This document shows positions 11,883 to 22,691 of a DNA stretch of 64,000 nucleotides, in pieces. How positions within the stretch are numbered: the stretch's first letter is position 1; the number at the start of each line of letters is the position of its first letter. Source of the stretch: Entomortierella parvispora E1425 (lineage: Eukaryota; Fungi; Mortierellomycota); assembly GCA_020891255.1 (NCBI GenBank), contig BQFW01000004.1:1798001-1862000 (forward strand), read 5' to 3'. The notes below the pieces were generated by a model that saw only the letters and a program-made list of their open reading frames with translations, did not search any database and had not been told where the DNA came from. The translations under genes were made by a program, and so were the position numbers.

Positions 11883-12018
11883 CGCGACTTTCCTGCACCT
11901 GATTGCCATGCAAATGCAAATAAATCAGCATGTCTTTTGTCGGAAAGAAAAATAAGATATATTGTCCTCTATATAGCTTGGCAGGACAGAAGGAAGCACT
12001 CCAAAGACATAACAGCGA

Positions 12019-15000
12019 TCAATGCAACATGGCGCCAAAGTCCATGACGTGTATCGTAGACCTATGGCCGACACGTTTTACAATGACAGCCCAACGATGC
12101 AAGCCATGGAGTGCAAATTTCACCTCGGCCGCCCGATCCAAAAATGCGACTGATCGAAGATTCATGGATTCCTCAGGCTTGAACACAGGGCGGCCTGATT
12201 TTGGCAAGACGTTGGTGCTCACAGATTCAGTATCCTCCTCTTCATCGTCAGACGATGTTGGGGGAGGAGACAAAGTCGATCCGCTGGAGAGAAAACTTGC
12301 AGTTTTGGTGGGCGTCCATGACCGTCGCGGCTCCCTCGACAATGCATTTTGCGCTTCGGCCGACACTACAAGATCCATGCTAGCAACAGACTCTGAGCTG
12401 CAAATGTCCCAAAGTTGAAGACTTGCCGTTTTGCCTCCAGGCGTCATAGTTTGACAGGCGAGGAATCGCGCCGATGCCAAAGCGGAAGAAATTGAGCTAC
12501 CAGCGTGGACAAAATAGACGAGCAGTCATCTACTCTGTTAAATGTCTATAGATCGAAAATTTTGCAACTGAAGTCAACATAACACCGTAATCTGCACTCT
12601 ACCTTGTTCCACGATATTTGTGCACTAGTTCGATCTTTGAACCATTCATGATAAAGAGGGCGCACTGATCATACTCATTCTCAAGATGATATGAAGCTCC
12701 ACTTTTTACCCCGAGGCAAATGAAAATAGGCCATTGAGAGGCGGGCAGGGTGCCCGAGGTTGCTTGAGAACCACCATTGAATGTCTGGAGAAAGTTGCTT
12801 GGGACTGTGGCAGTTACAATGACAGGCTTTAGCTGCTGCTGGGGAGAGCTTGTAAGGCGGAACGATGAGAGAATAGAGGCTAAATCGATTATGGCGGCTG
12901 GTTTGCTGCTCGACATCAAATCCCTACAAAAGAGCACCATGTTGTATTAGAAAAATAGAGGACCGTATCGATTCAAGTACGCAAATAGAGACTGGGGTTT
13001 TGTTTTACCATAGGACAATTGTCTCGCCAAAAGTGGCAACAGTCAGCGACTCTGAGTTTTTCACTTGTACAATGGACGAGGCGATCTCATTTGTGTTGAC
13101 ATGGATCAGAGTTTGAGATGGGCAAGGATTGTCAGAGCCATGTATCGTTGAGACATCGACCAAGCAGATGGATCCAGAAGAGGTCGATCCTGCAACGATC
13201 AACTTGCGATTGTCCTGTCCCTCCATAACAAAGCTGTTACAGCTCTGGGAAAATGGGGCGCCTTTCCAGAATGCGCTTGAGAGGCTGGGGGGGTCGCCAG
13301 GCACAGCTTCGTTCGTCAAAGGAACTCGCAGTAGGGTATAATTTATCATGTCCACCACTACGGCCATGGAGTCATCCGATGCAAACATGATCCGCGTGGC
13401 TGCTGAAGTCTTTTCGAGTTGAACGCGCTTCATCCACTTGCAGTCTGACAACGGGACCTTGTTCTCCAGCTGCCAGAACTGTACTTGGGCCTTTGTCTCT
13501 ACGGCTATCCACTCCTCGAGGTTACTGCAGACAGTGGCAAGAATGTTCTCCTTAAATTCGTCAAAGCACCAGACACCATCCACAAGCTTCGAGCTTTCAG
13601 TGGGCAAGACCTGTTCCTGGTCATCGCCACTTGGTACAGATTCACCGACTTCCTCAAGCAGAGAGTTTTGAAGAAACATTGGTACCGCAAGTGTGGCCTG
13701 GAGGGAGCCTTGGCTGCTTTCAGAGCATTGTGAATCAGGCACGTCTGCAAGGTCAGTGATCGATGGAGCATCAAGCCCTTGGGCGTTGCTCTTAGCTCGT
13801 TCAGCAATCACGGGCTCTTCTGGGGTTTGCTCATGTAGGCCTTCAAAATCCCTAAGGGACTCATCGTCATCTTCCACACTTGGTGGGACCTCGAAAGGCG
13901 AATCAACGTCGGGCTCCTGGCTATGTTTCCCAGATTCCTCCTTGTGGCTTTCGAGGGAGGTGCTTGTGGGAAATTCAAGCTTGAATTCAGGTATAGAAGG
14001 GGCCTCTTGAGGTTTCAGCAGTGAGTCATGCGTCGCTTCTCGAGGCTGGGTATAAGGCTTTTGGGCTTCGAATTCAACGGGTGGGCGGACGAGCTCATCG
14101 TGATGCATGAAACGGGAGTGGCTGATCGCTTCAGACGAAACATGGGAGCTGTCGTGAACCGTTCGTAGTTGGATACGCGGGCTGACAAGTCTCTCTTGAG
14201 GCGGGATGTGTGGCTGCTGCGAGGCCTCCAGTGAGTGGACAAGTATTTTTTGATGTGGCTCCTGTAATTGGACTTGAGAGGGTTGTGGCGCATGCAGAGA
14301 CGGGAGACGCAAGGGGTGAATGGACTCTTGAGAAAGCGTATGGGGGTTCGATTGTGCGTTCACTCTTGCCGTATTTATCGCGCGGTTAATGGTGGGTCGA
14401 GGCTGAATCGCATGGTCGAAATGAGGAGCTGTGCCTGTCAGTGTAAACGACCCTCGCTCAATGTGCCCGCGATTGCCGCTGAGAATATTGACAATGCTGT
14501 CACGACTGTTTGCTAAAGCCGGTCTCGGGTTGATTTGGGACCTGATGACAGCAACAGAATCTCCTTCAAGCGTCGTCCTTCGACGACCGGAGTAAGGCCG
14601 ACGAGGGTCCACGTTCTCCTTGTCGTCATCATCGTCGCTACTGCCGCCTAGTGTCACTGTACGCTTCCTGTGACCCTTCTTGCTCTCATTCTGATTATTG
14701 GCGGGCAAAGGTCGCTGTCTCTTGGCCGGTCTTTTTGTTTGCCCATCCTGTGTTTTCTTGTTGACATTCGCCTTTGGGTCCAGAACAGTTGGTCCCTTTG
14801 TCAAGTCGTCCTTTTTGTTGACATTTGACTTGGGGTTCAGAACAGTCGATCCTGTTAGTGAGAGGTCGGTTTGAGGTCGATTCGTGCTCTTGGCTCCCAA
14901 AATGGTGGGTTTTTGACGATGGGCAACATCTAGCTTGTTCACGACCTGAGAGGAGCTCTCCTTCTTAAGGCGTACGGCAGACTTGTCAAGGACTGGAATA

Positions 15001-15439
15001 TTGGCCTTGCCTGTGGCATTAGCCATGATGGTCGTCAGAGGTTTACTCGGCATGCGGGCAGTCGTATCGTTTTTGGTTTGAGCGACGGAGTGTGTTGCTG
15101 TTGAAGGGGCCTCTGCAAAGCGTTTAAGTGCGGGCACCAACGCAGCCGCCAGCTTTTGGTATTCGCTCTTTTCATGAACGGCCAGTTCACGCGTCTTGAA
15201 TATATGGATTGTACAAGGAATAAAAATAAAACAAGAATATAAGTGAAAATAAACATACGCGAGATTGGAATGACGGAGGCAGTTACTGCTGTTTGGGCTG
15301 ATGTGGTCGTCGGGCAACGGTGGTCAAGAGAGTTTGATGCTGCTGTTCCGAGGAGAAGCGAAGGTCATCATACTTGACTGATTTCGATATAATGGCGGAT
15401 ACTCTGCTGGAGAATCAGCAGCTCTGCGCCTGACGACAT
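12019..15439 (-). CDS. Large protein with N-terminal helix, long disordered middle and C-terminal WD40-like propeller; possibly PALB2-like (4 exons: 15439-15374, 15194-13009, 12923-12603, 12496-12019; ~1016 aa)
   Basis: The GT-AG joins give 3051 nt in frame and link three ORFs of the track. The C-terminal region has beta-strand-rich repeats ending VQFWQ, IVLWD and LQLWD. Confidence 0.75.
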
Positions 15440-15908
15440 GTGTCTGGTGAAGTCAAGCTGAGAGGGGAGATTGCCTGCCAGGGGCGGGATCAGCGAGGAA
15501 GGTGGATATCAGGGAATAGGGAATGAGGAGTGAGCTGAAGATGAGGTGATAGAGAAGAAAGAGAAGACGAGAGGGAATGAAGGCAACGGGAAGGAGAGAG
15601 GGAAGGAGAGCCATGGACCGACCGAAACAAAGACGCGGCGCGCGATGCGACTGCGACAGTGACGGTGGCTTGCTCGCCTTTGCCACCAACTTGTGTCTTG
15701 CTCCGAACATCCTTGCGCCACAGCTTGGAGTGTGTGTGACCTTGCAGACTTGAGCCAGCATGGAAAAAAAAGAGCGCGGAATAAAGGAGACGCAACAACA
15801 TCCTCCTTACTCATTCACTCGCTCACTCATTCTTTCCTTCTTTCCCTTCCTCATTGGTCCAGTACTTCACCTTGCCCGCCTGCTCCTCTCTGCATCGCAA
15901 TCCAAAAA

Positions 15909-17273
15909 ATGCCTTCTCACCGCGCCATCGAAATCCCTGAAGTTCTCAGCCATATCGCTACCTTCTTGCCTCCCGCTGACCTCGCCCACGCCTGCAGAGT
16001 CAGCAGGTCCTGGTTTACTGTCTTTATTGCACAGCTTTGGCGAACCCTCTCACCAGATCAATTCACGGACGGCCACCTCCTTCCATCTCTGCCGCGCTAT
16101 ACCTCCTATGTTCGCGACCTCTGTTGCGCTCGACTCATGCCCTTGGTCGATCCGGGCCCAGGACTGTCTCTTCTGACCGCGTTCACGACTCCCGAGATTG
16201 GCAAACATAGTGTTGAGCTTATCATCGCTCTATTGAGACGAAATGCCGATCTGCGAGATGTTCACCTGCGCTGCCGCCTGGTGATCGATACAGAGTACTT
16301 TTCACAGCTGATCGACACCTTGACAGGGCTGCGACACTTGGAAAGTCTGGACATGGATACACACAAAATTTCTGCCAATTTCATATTTCTCATATTGAAA
16401 GGTTTGCCAGGGCTGAAACACCTTCGCCTCGAGGAGACTAGAAAAGCGCCTAAATGGTCCCTATCACGGCCGCAGTCACCCAGCGATCCCAATCCTCATC
16501 CTCTGCTATTTGGCCTCCAAAAGCTACGGGTCGTCTGCCGTCGTCTTCCTCTAGATCCCATACTTGAAGTGGTACAGATGACACCAGATCTGAGCGCGCT
16601 GGAGATGGTGGCCCTGGGCGGGGATCAGCCATCAGACCTCAGTGCTCTCAAGAAGTTGGCACATACATTGCACGAGTCCTGTCCTAGACTCCGAGATGTG
16701 CTATTGGAAGAAGATGAGATGAGTATTCGCGATTTCTACCACTTTCTATCTTTGTTCGATTGGATCAACGTACGTCGATGGATGCCATTTCGAAGTCTGA
16801 ACTTTAGTAACAATTGTCCATCCGGCAGCGAATTACTCGATCTCGTCCTAAGTGGGTCTGAGGTTCTGCAGGACACGCTGGAGACCCTAGTGATAGATAA
16901 TCCCACCTTCACAAAGTCAAGCTCGGTCAGAGTAGTCGAAATCTTGAGTACATTTAGGAAGCTGCGAAAACTCAGCCTGGGAAAGACCACTTGTGTGATA
17001 CGAGTGGCAGACCTTTTCAACACCGTGATTCTAGATGGAAGGAAGAGAGTCAAAATACTTAAGCCTTGGGCCTGCAAGGACCTAGTAATGCTGAACGTAT
17101 GGATCGAGGGCGAATATTGCGGCTGGTGCCCTCCGGGAGTTGTGGACATCAAGGACGACTACCGTGAAGATCGCTTCTACAGGGATGGGTTTCCGCTTTA
17201 CGAACAACTGAAAGCACAGTTGGACAGTTACCGCAGACTGGACCAGAAGCAGATTAGATACACGTATTTATAG
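15909..17273 (+). CDS. F-box / RNI-like leucine-rich repeat protein (intronless, 454 aa)
   Basis: N-terminal F-box (AIEIPEVLSHIATFLPPADLAHACRVSRSWF), LxxLxL repeats and a C-terminal PWACKDLVML motif. Confidence 0.85.
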   Translation: MPSHRAIEIPEVLSHIATFLPPADLAHACRVSRSWFTVFIAQLWRTLSPDQFTDGHLLPSLPRYTSYVRDLCCARLMPLVDPGPGLSLLTAFTTPEIGKHSVELIIALLRRNADLRDVHLRCRLVIDTEYFSQLIDTLTGLRHLESLDMDTHKISANFIFLILKGLPGLKHLRLEETRKAPKWSLSRPQSPSDPNPHPLLFGLQKLRVVCRRLPLDPILEVVQMTPDLSALEMVALGGDQPSDLSALKKLAHTLHESCPRLRDVLLEEDEMSIRDFYHFLSLFDWINVRRWMPFRSLNFSNNCPSGSELLDLVLSGSEVLQDTLETLVIDNPTFTKSSSVRVVEILSTFRKLRKLSLGKTTCVIRVADLFNTVILDGRKRVKILKPWACKDLVMLNVWIEGEYCGWCPPGVVDIKDDYREDRFYRDGFPLYEQLKAQLDSYRRLDQKQIRYTYL

Positions 17274-17543
17274 AGAGCAGTGCCCACCATAGGAATGATA
17301 AACAACAGGGGTCATCTCCTTTCTGTTGCAAGGAGATTGCCAAGGAGTTCCGTTGGCAAAGTCGCGTCCTTTTTTTATCTTTCCGTCATGCGCGCTCTTT
17401 GGCAAGATACAATTTCATTAAGGGTGTAAAATCACATCCAAACCAAGCCCCCGAGGTCATGAGGCCTGTTGATCTGCCTGCATCAAGTGAGAGTGCCATT
17501 TCCCTCTTTGCGTCATCTCACTAAACGACGATCCGACCCCCTG

Positions 17544-19753
17544 ATGGCCATCACAACCCAGGACAGTACTGCCTCAGCCTCTGGCACAGAGTCAGAGACG
17601 ACCCATGCCAACACCTACAACAACAGTGCCACCGGCAACAACACTAATGCAAAGCACAAATCACGTCGCAGAAAGAAGAAGGCCCACACGACCCCTGCCA
17701 ATGGCCATACTGAAGCAGAGCCAAAGGAGGATCAAGAGGTACTGCAGGAGCTCATCGAGCTCATGATGGATTCAATGCATTAGTGGGCACAAAAAGTTAT
17801 TATAAAGACTTGCGTGTCCATGGATGAATGACTGCATGTTGTGCGATGATCAATGACTCTAACACACAATCTTCTCATGTCCTGTTTTGTTTTCTTCCCT
17901 ATAATAGCTAAAGGTTGAGGTCGAGTGGGTTGCAGAAAAGCCAATGGAACTCGCCCCAGGATTCGAACAATTCCAGGATGTATTCAAGCACTTTCAACTT
18001 CAGGATGCTGCCCCAGAGGTAAAGAAAGGATTATCAACTACGATGAACAGGCCACGTCATATTTTGTTTCTTGCGTGCAGTTTGACTAACTCTCTCTCTC
18101 ATTTTAATGGAAAAAAATATCATAGACAGAAACTGGAGACATGGAGCATGTTGAAAAGACAGAAAACAAATCGGACGCCTCAGGATCCGATTCTGAAGAC
18201 GACCCAGAGAAACAGGCTGCTAGCAAAAAGAAACTGAAGAGGTTGAATCGCATGAGTGTGGCAGTTCTGAAGCAGATGGCAAAGCACCCCGAGGTGGTTG
18301 AGTGGATTGATGTTACCTCATCTGATCCTAACCTGTTGGTTCAGCTCAAGGGATACCGCAACACGGTTCCTGTACCGGCACATTGGAGTCAAAAGCGTAA
18401 ATACCTTCAAGGAAAGCGTGGTATCGAAAAGGCTCCCTTTGACTTGCCCGATTTTATCAAGGACACTGGAATTATGGAGCTGAGAAACGCAGTCAAGGAG
18501 AAGGAAGATGCCAGCAAATTGAAGACCAAGACAAGAGAGCGTGTGCAGCCCAAGATGGGCAAGATCGATATCGACTATCAAAAGCTTCACGATGCCTTCT
18601 TCCGATACCAGACACGGCCTCGCCTATCCATGCATGGAGAGTTGTAAGTCAAAGAACCTTATCTCAAGGGCACATTCAATGCCCTTTTACTCCATCTAAT
18701 TCTTTTACTAACGACATGTCAACAACTATTTGATTTAATGTAGATACCATGAAGGAAAGGAGTTTGACGCAAAGGCAAAGGAAGTGAAGCCAGGCAATCT
18801 GTCGGAAGAGTTGATCGCAGCACTGTCTATTCCCCCTCTCGCCCCACCACCATGGCTTATCAACATGCAGCGCTATGGACCCCCACCTGGATACAAAAAC
18901 TTGAAGATTCCCGGCCTGAACGCCCCTATTCCCGAAGGCGCACAGTGGGGCTACCATCCCGGTGGATGGGGTAAACCTCCAGTGGATGAATTCAACAGAC
19001 CTTTGTACGGAGATGTCTTTGGATCTGCGCAAACTGAGGTTCAGTCGGCATACATGGAGCCAGTAGTCAAGACATTGTGGGGAGAACTGGACCCAGAAGA
19101 AGAGGAGGAGGAGGAAGAGGACGAGGAAGAGGAGGAGGAAGAGGAGGAAGAGGAGGGCGAAGAAGAGAAGGACGAGGAAGATCTCCAGGAAGGTCTTGTC
19201 ACTCCCAGTGGCATGCAGAGTGTTGCCAGCGGATTGGAGACGCCAGACGTTATCGAATTGCGCAAGGATTCCAGGAGGGCAGCAACGCAGGACGACGAGG
19301 AAAAGACACTCTACACAGTCATTCCACAAAAGCAGACCAACATTACTGGGTTTATGGGCTCACAGCATGTCTACGATCTTTCGTCCGCTACAGCATCATC
19401 ATCGTCTTCTCGAAAGGTAACTTTGTGTGTTTCGTTGAGCTAGTATTCTGTCGAGACTCCATTATTATTTTTTTGCTTAGAAGCTAACTCTGGCCCTTTC
19501 TCTCACTTTTCCATTCATTTAGCGCAAGATGGGAGAAGTCGAAGTCGCACTGGATCCTTCCGAGCTGGTCGATATGGACGATGAGACGCTGAAGGAGAAG
19601 TACGAGCACGGATTACAGGCGGCCCAACCAGAGGCTCACCGCGAAGATATGAGCGATCTCTTGGAGGAACATTTGGCAAAGAAGGCCAAGGAGAGAAAGC
19701 AGAACCAGGAAAAGAAGTCTGGCTCAAAGGACAAGGACAAGTTCAAATTCTAA
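17544..19753 (+). CDS. SF3B2: Splicing factor 3B subunit 2 (SAP145/Cus1), multi-exon
   Basis: HPEVVEWIDV, NTVPVPAHWSQKRKYLQGKRGIEKAPFDLP, IDIDYQKLHDAFF and the proline-rich PPPWLINMQRYGPPP...WGYHPGGWGKPP; C-terminal KDKDKFKF. Confidence 0.96.
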
Positions 19754-19903
19754 ACAAGAAGAGAAGTGTCCATCAAGAACGGGCTATAAAATCTGTATTT
19801 TTGAACCTCTATGGAACATCTTGATCTTTGTTGTCGTTGCTGTTTTTTGAAAGTCTATGTTTATTATCGAGGGTGTAAAAAGAATGAAGCGCCTGTCATG
19901 TAT

Positions 19904-20866
19904 CTAGAATCCGTCCGAGTCCTCGCCCTCATCATCGAGTGCAGTGGCCTTGGTGTCATCATCCAGATCAGGTTCATTCATGTTCAGAGTTCCCTTTTCG
20001 GCTGCATTCTCGGCGTCTTCCTCCTCTTCCTCCTCTTCATCCTCCTCATCCTGATCAGCATCCTCAACCCCCTTCTCTGCTTCATCGTCGTCTTCTTCTG
20101 CTGCTGAATCTTGTCCGTCTCTTGGTTTGGCATCACTGGATGACTTTCTTGCCTTTGCAGATAGAGACTCTGAATCGGAGGGCTTTCTCTTTTTGGAAGC
20201 AACGCCATCTGCTGCTGATGATGATTCTGTTTCCTTGTCCTTGCCATTCGCCTTTGCTTTGCGTGCCCTTTGCAAGGATTGATATGCTGTTGTTGTTTCA
20301 GGGTTTTGAATAGCATGTTAGCTTCTTTGAAACTTGAAAGTAGAAATGTGAAAAACGAGTTTATAGCCACATTACCTTGGAACTCCTCTTGCAACCTTGG
20401 GATAAACTCTTCCAGATCCAAAGCTTCCAGTGCCTTAAATACATGAGCACCGCTGATGGTTTTTTGTCCTGCGCTTGCTGCTTCTTCCATTGCCCTGTTT
20501 TGAGGTTACAATATAAGTTAGTCAGTCAGTGGGTTCGACAGTTTGTTACAGGCCGTTCGCAGTGGACAATAGGAAGAATAAGAATGGAGGTCGTACGCAG
20601 AGGCGAGATAGTTGATAAAAAGGATGGTGGACTTTGACAGGGCGAGCTTTGCGTTGGCTTGGACGTTGGTGTTTTCTGGTAGCTATGTTGAGGGACATGG
20701 GATGGAAGTTGCATTCGTGCATTCGTTAGGGTGTCGGCCTTTTTTTTCTCTAGAATGAGAGTAAAAAGTCAAAGCAGAATGTAATTTGCCGATGCCGTAC
20801 CACCCGCTTCATGATGCGTGTCAGTACGCTCTTGGGCAGTTCATTGTCTTCGATAGAGTTAGCCAT
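19904..20866 (-). CDS. DPB4: DNA polymerase epsilon / CHRAC histone-fold subunit Dpb4 (POLE3), multi-exon, acidic tail
   Basis: Exon 1 (20866-20801) MANSIEDNELPKSVLTRIMKRV, then LPENTNVQANAKLALSKSTILFINYLASA and KTISGAHVFKALEALDLEEF. Confidence 0.88.
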
Positions 20867-20973
20867 TGTTGATGTGGATTAAGAAGGGGATGGAGAAAAG
20901 ATGCAGGGACAGGACAGGACTTGGCAGGACAGAGATGGAGTCAAAAAAGAGACTCTTGACCTGCACGTCGTGG

Positions 20974-21080
20974 ACGCGACGGCGATTTGTGTCTGTCAAC
21001 AGAAAAGCCACCCTCCTGGACCAACTGGGATGGCCCTCTTTGACTGGCGCCACCATTGTCTCTTTGCTCCAGGCACGCGT
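20974..21080. promoter_or_regulatory. MCB-like cell-cycle boxes in the DPB4/SLD5 bidirectional promoter
   Basis: ACGCGA at 20974-20979 and ACGCGT at 21075-21080, within a 363-bp interval between two replisome genes. Confidence 0.45.
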
Positions 21081-21229
21081 ATCCTGTACTCTTCCCTGCC
21101 TTTCCTCTTTTCTTTCCTCTCTTCTTTCGACATTTCATTGCTGCAGACAACCGAGCAGTTGGCCCAGGACCAGGACAATACACATTTCAGTTTCACAGCC
21201 AAAGGACCAACACCTCTTTCATTTCACTC

Positions 21230-22476
21230 ATGTCCGACTATGATGATGACATGCTGCACGGCGGCTTCGGCGCACAAATACCCTCTGTAGAACCAGAAGC
21301 CCAGATAGATCCATCCCAATATCTCCTGCACCTGACACAGGCCTGGATCAACGAACGTGCTGCCCCGGATCTGCTTCAATATGAAGAGGACAGTGTGACA
21401 AATCTCCTTGCTCGGATCGAAGAACAGGTACCTTCAGCGCAAAGGATCACAACAACCAATCAAAGAAAGAAAGGCGGGAAAGAGACTATCTTTCAGTCCA
21501 TCCTCTTTCCTTCCCCTTATACCGTGCATAGATCTTACGAAATTAAGATCTCTCTATACGTTTGCTCTATGGATAGACCGCCACCATTGACGAACTAGAC
21601 TCAGGAACAGAAACGGCCATGATCATCTCTATTCTTTACCAAACGGAACTGGAGCGCGTTAAATTTGTCCTTCGAAGCTACCTCCGGACACGGATATCGA
21701 AAGTATGTGCCTCTCTCTCCCCTGTGGCATTTGAAAAGTGAGGAGGCTCTCTCCAAGTTCCCGAGAATGGATGTCATTGGAAAATTGGTAAAAGATTAGA
21801 GTGCCATTTTGACCACATTTTTCCTACTTCCACACCCGTATTCTCGGTTTTAGCTTGAGAGATATTGCACATTCATCCTCGCAGACCCTAGCTCACGGCG
21901 GAGACTCTCAAGGGCAGAAGTAGCATATGCCGAGAAGTACTGTGATCGTTGTCTGGTGCCGATTTTGCGATGGTCCGAAAGAATCCAGAGCAACTGAGCT
22001 AACACGCCTGACAATTTTGCCCACCTTCCATAAGTTACCTTAGGGCCACGACGCAACACTATCACAACAGTTTCCTGTCGTCTCTCCCACCCTCGGTTCA
22101 ACCTCAGGATCTTGAAGTGTTTGATCGGAAATTGAGCATGGGTAAGGAAAAATGAGAAAAAGACACCAAAACAACTGTTCTGAGTAGTCAGTTAGATCTA
22201 ATCTCGCTTGTCCACACAGTTTCCCAGCCACCACTTGACGAGGCTGTCTTTTTCAGAGTCGTAGCCGACATTGGCGATTTCCAGATTAGCGAGTAAGTTC
22301 TTGTGTCCATTCGATTTTAACATGGAGCCCGCTCTATTCCGAACATCAATCTAACCCTTTCTTTGCTCTGTTTTTTCAGAGAGGACACGTTACTTTTGCA
22401 GCCCGGTCAGATTTATATCCTTCGTTACAGGACCGTTCGTGTTCTTCTTCAACGGGGACAGATTGAGCTCATCTAG
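21230..22476 (+). CDS. SLD5: GINS complex subunit Sld5 (GINS4), multi-exon
   Basis: AWINERAAPDLLQYE, YQTELERVKFVLRSYLRTRISK|LERY, PPLDEAVFFRV and IYILRYRTVRVLLQRGQIELI. Confidence 0.93.
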
Positions 22477-22691
22477 ACCGGAATGTGTACAATTAAAAAA
22501 GCAAGTGTTTTTTTTTTACTTGAGATATTATTTTGGCGACTTTTTTTACTATTTCTTTCCAAATGGAAGCAAAGTGCGCTTTCCTTCGTTTCATTCCATT
22601 TGATTATCTTTGGTGAGTAGGAGAAGATGAAGTAGAAAATATGAAAATGAGGAAGGCAAGAGTGGCCGGAAGAAACCCTATGGAGGTCGAC

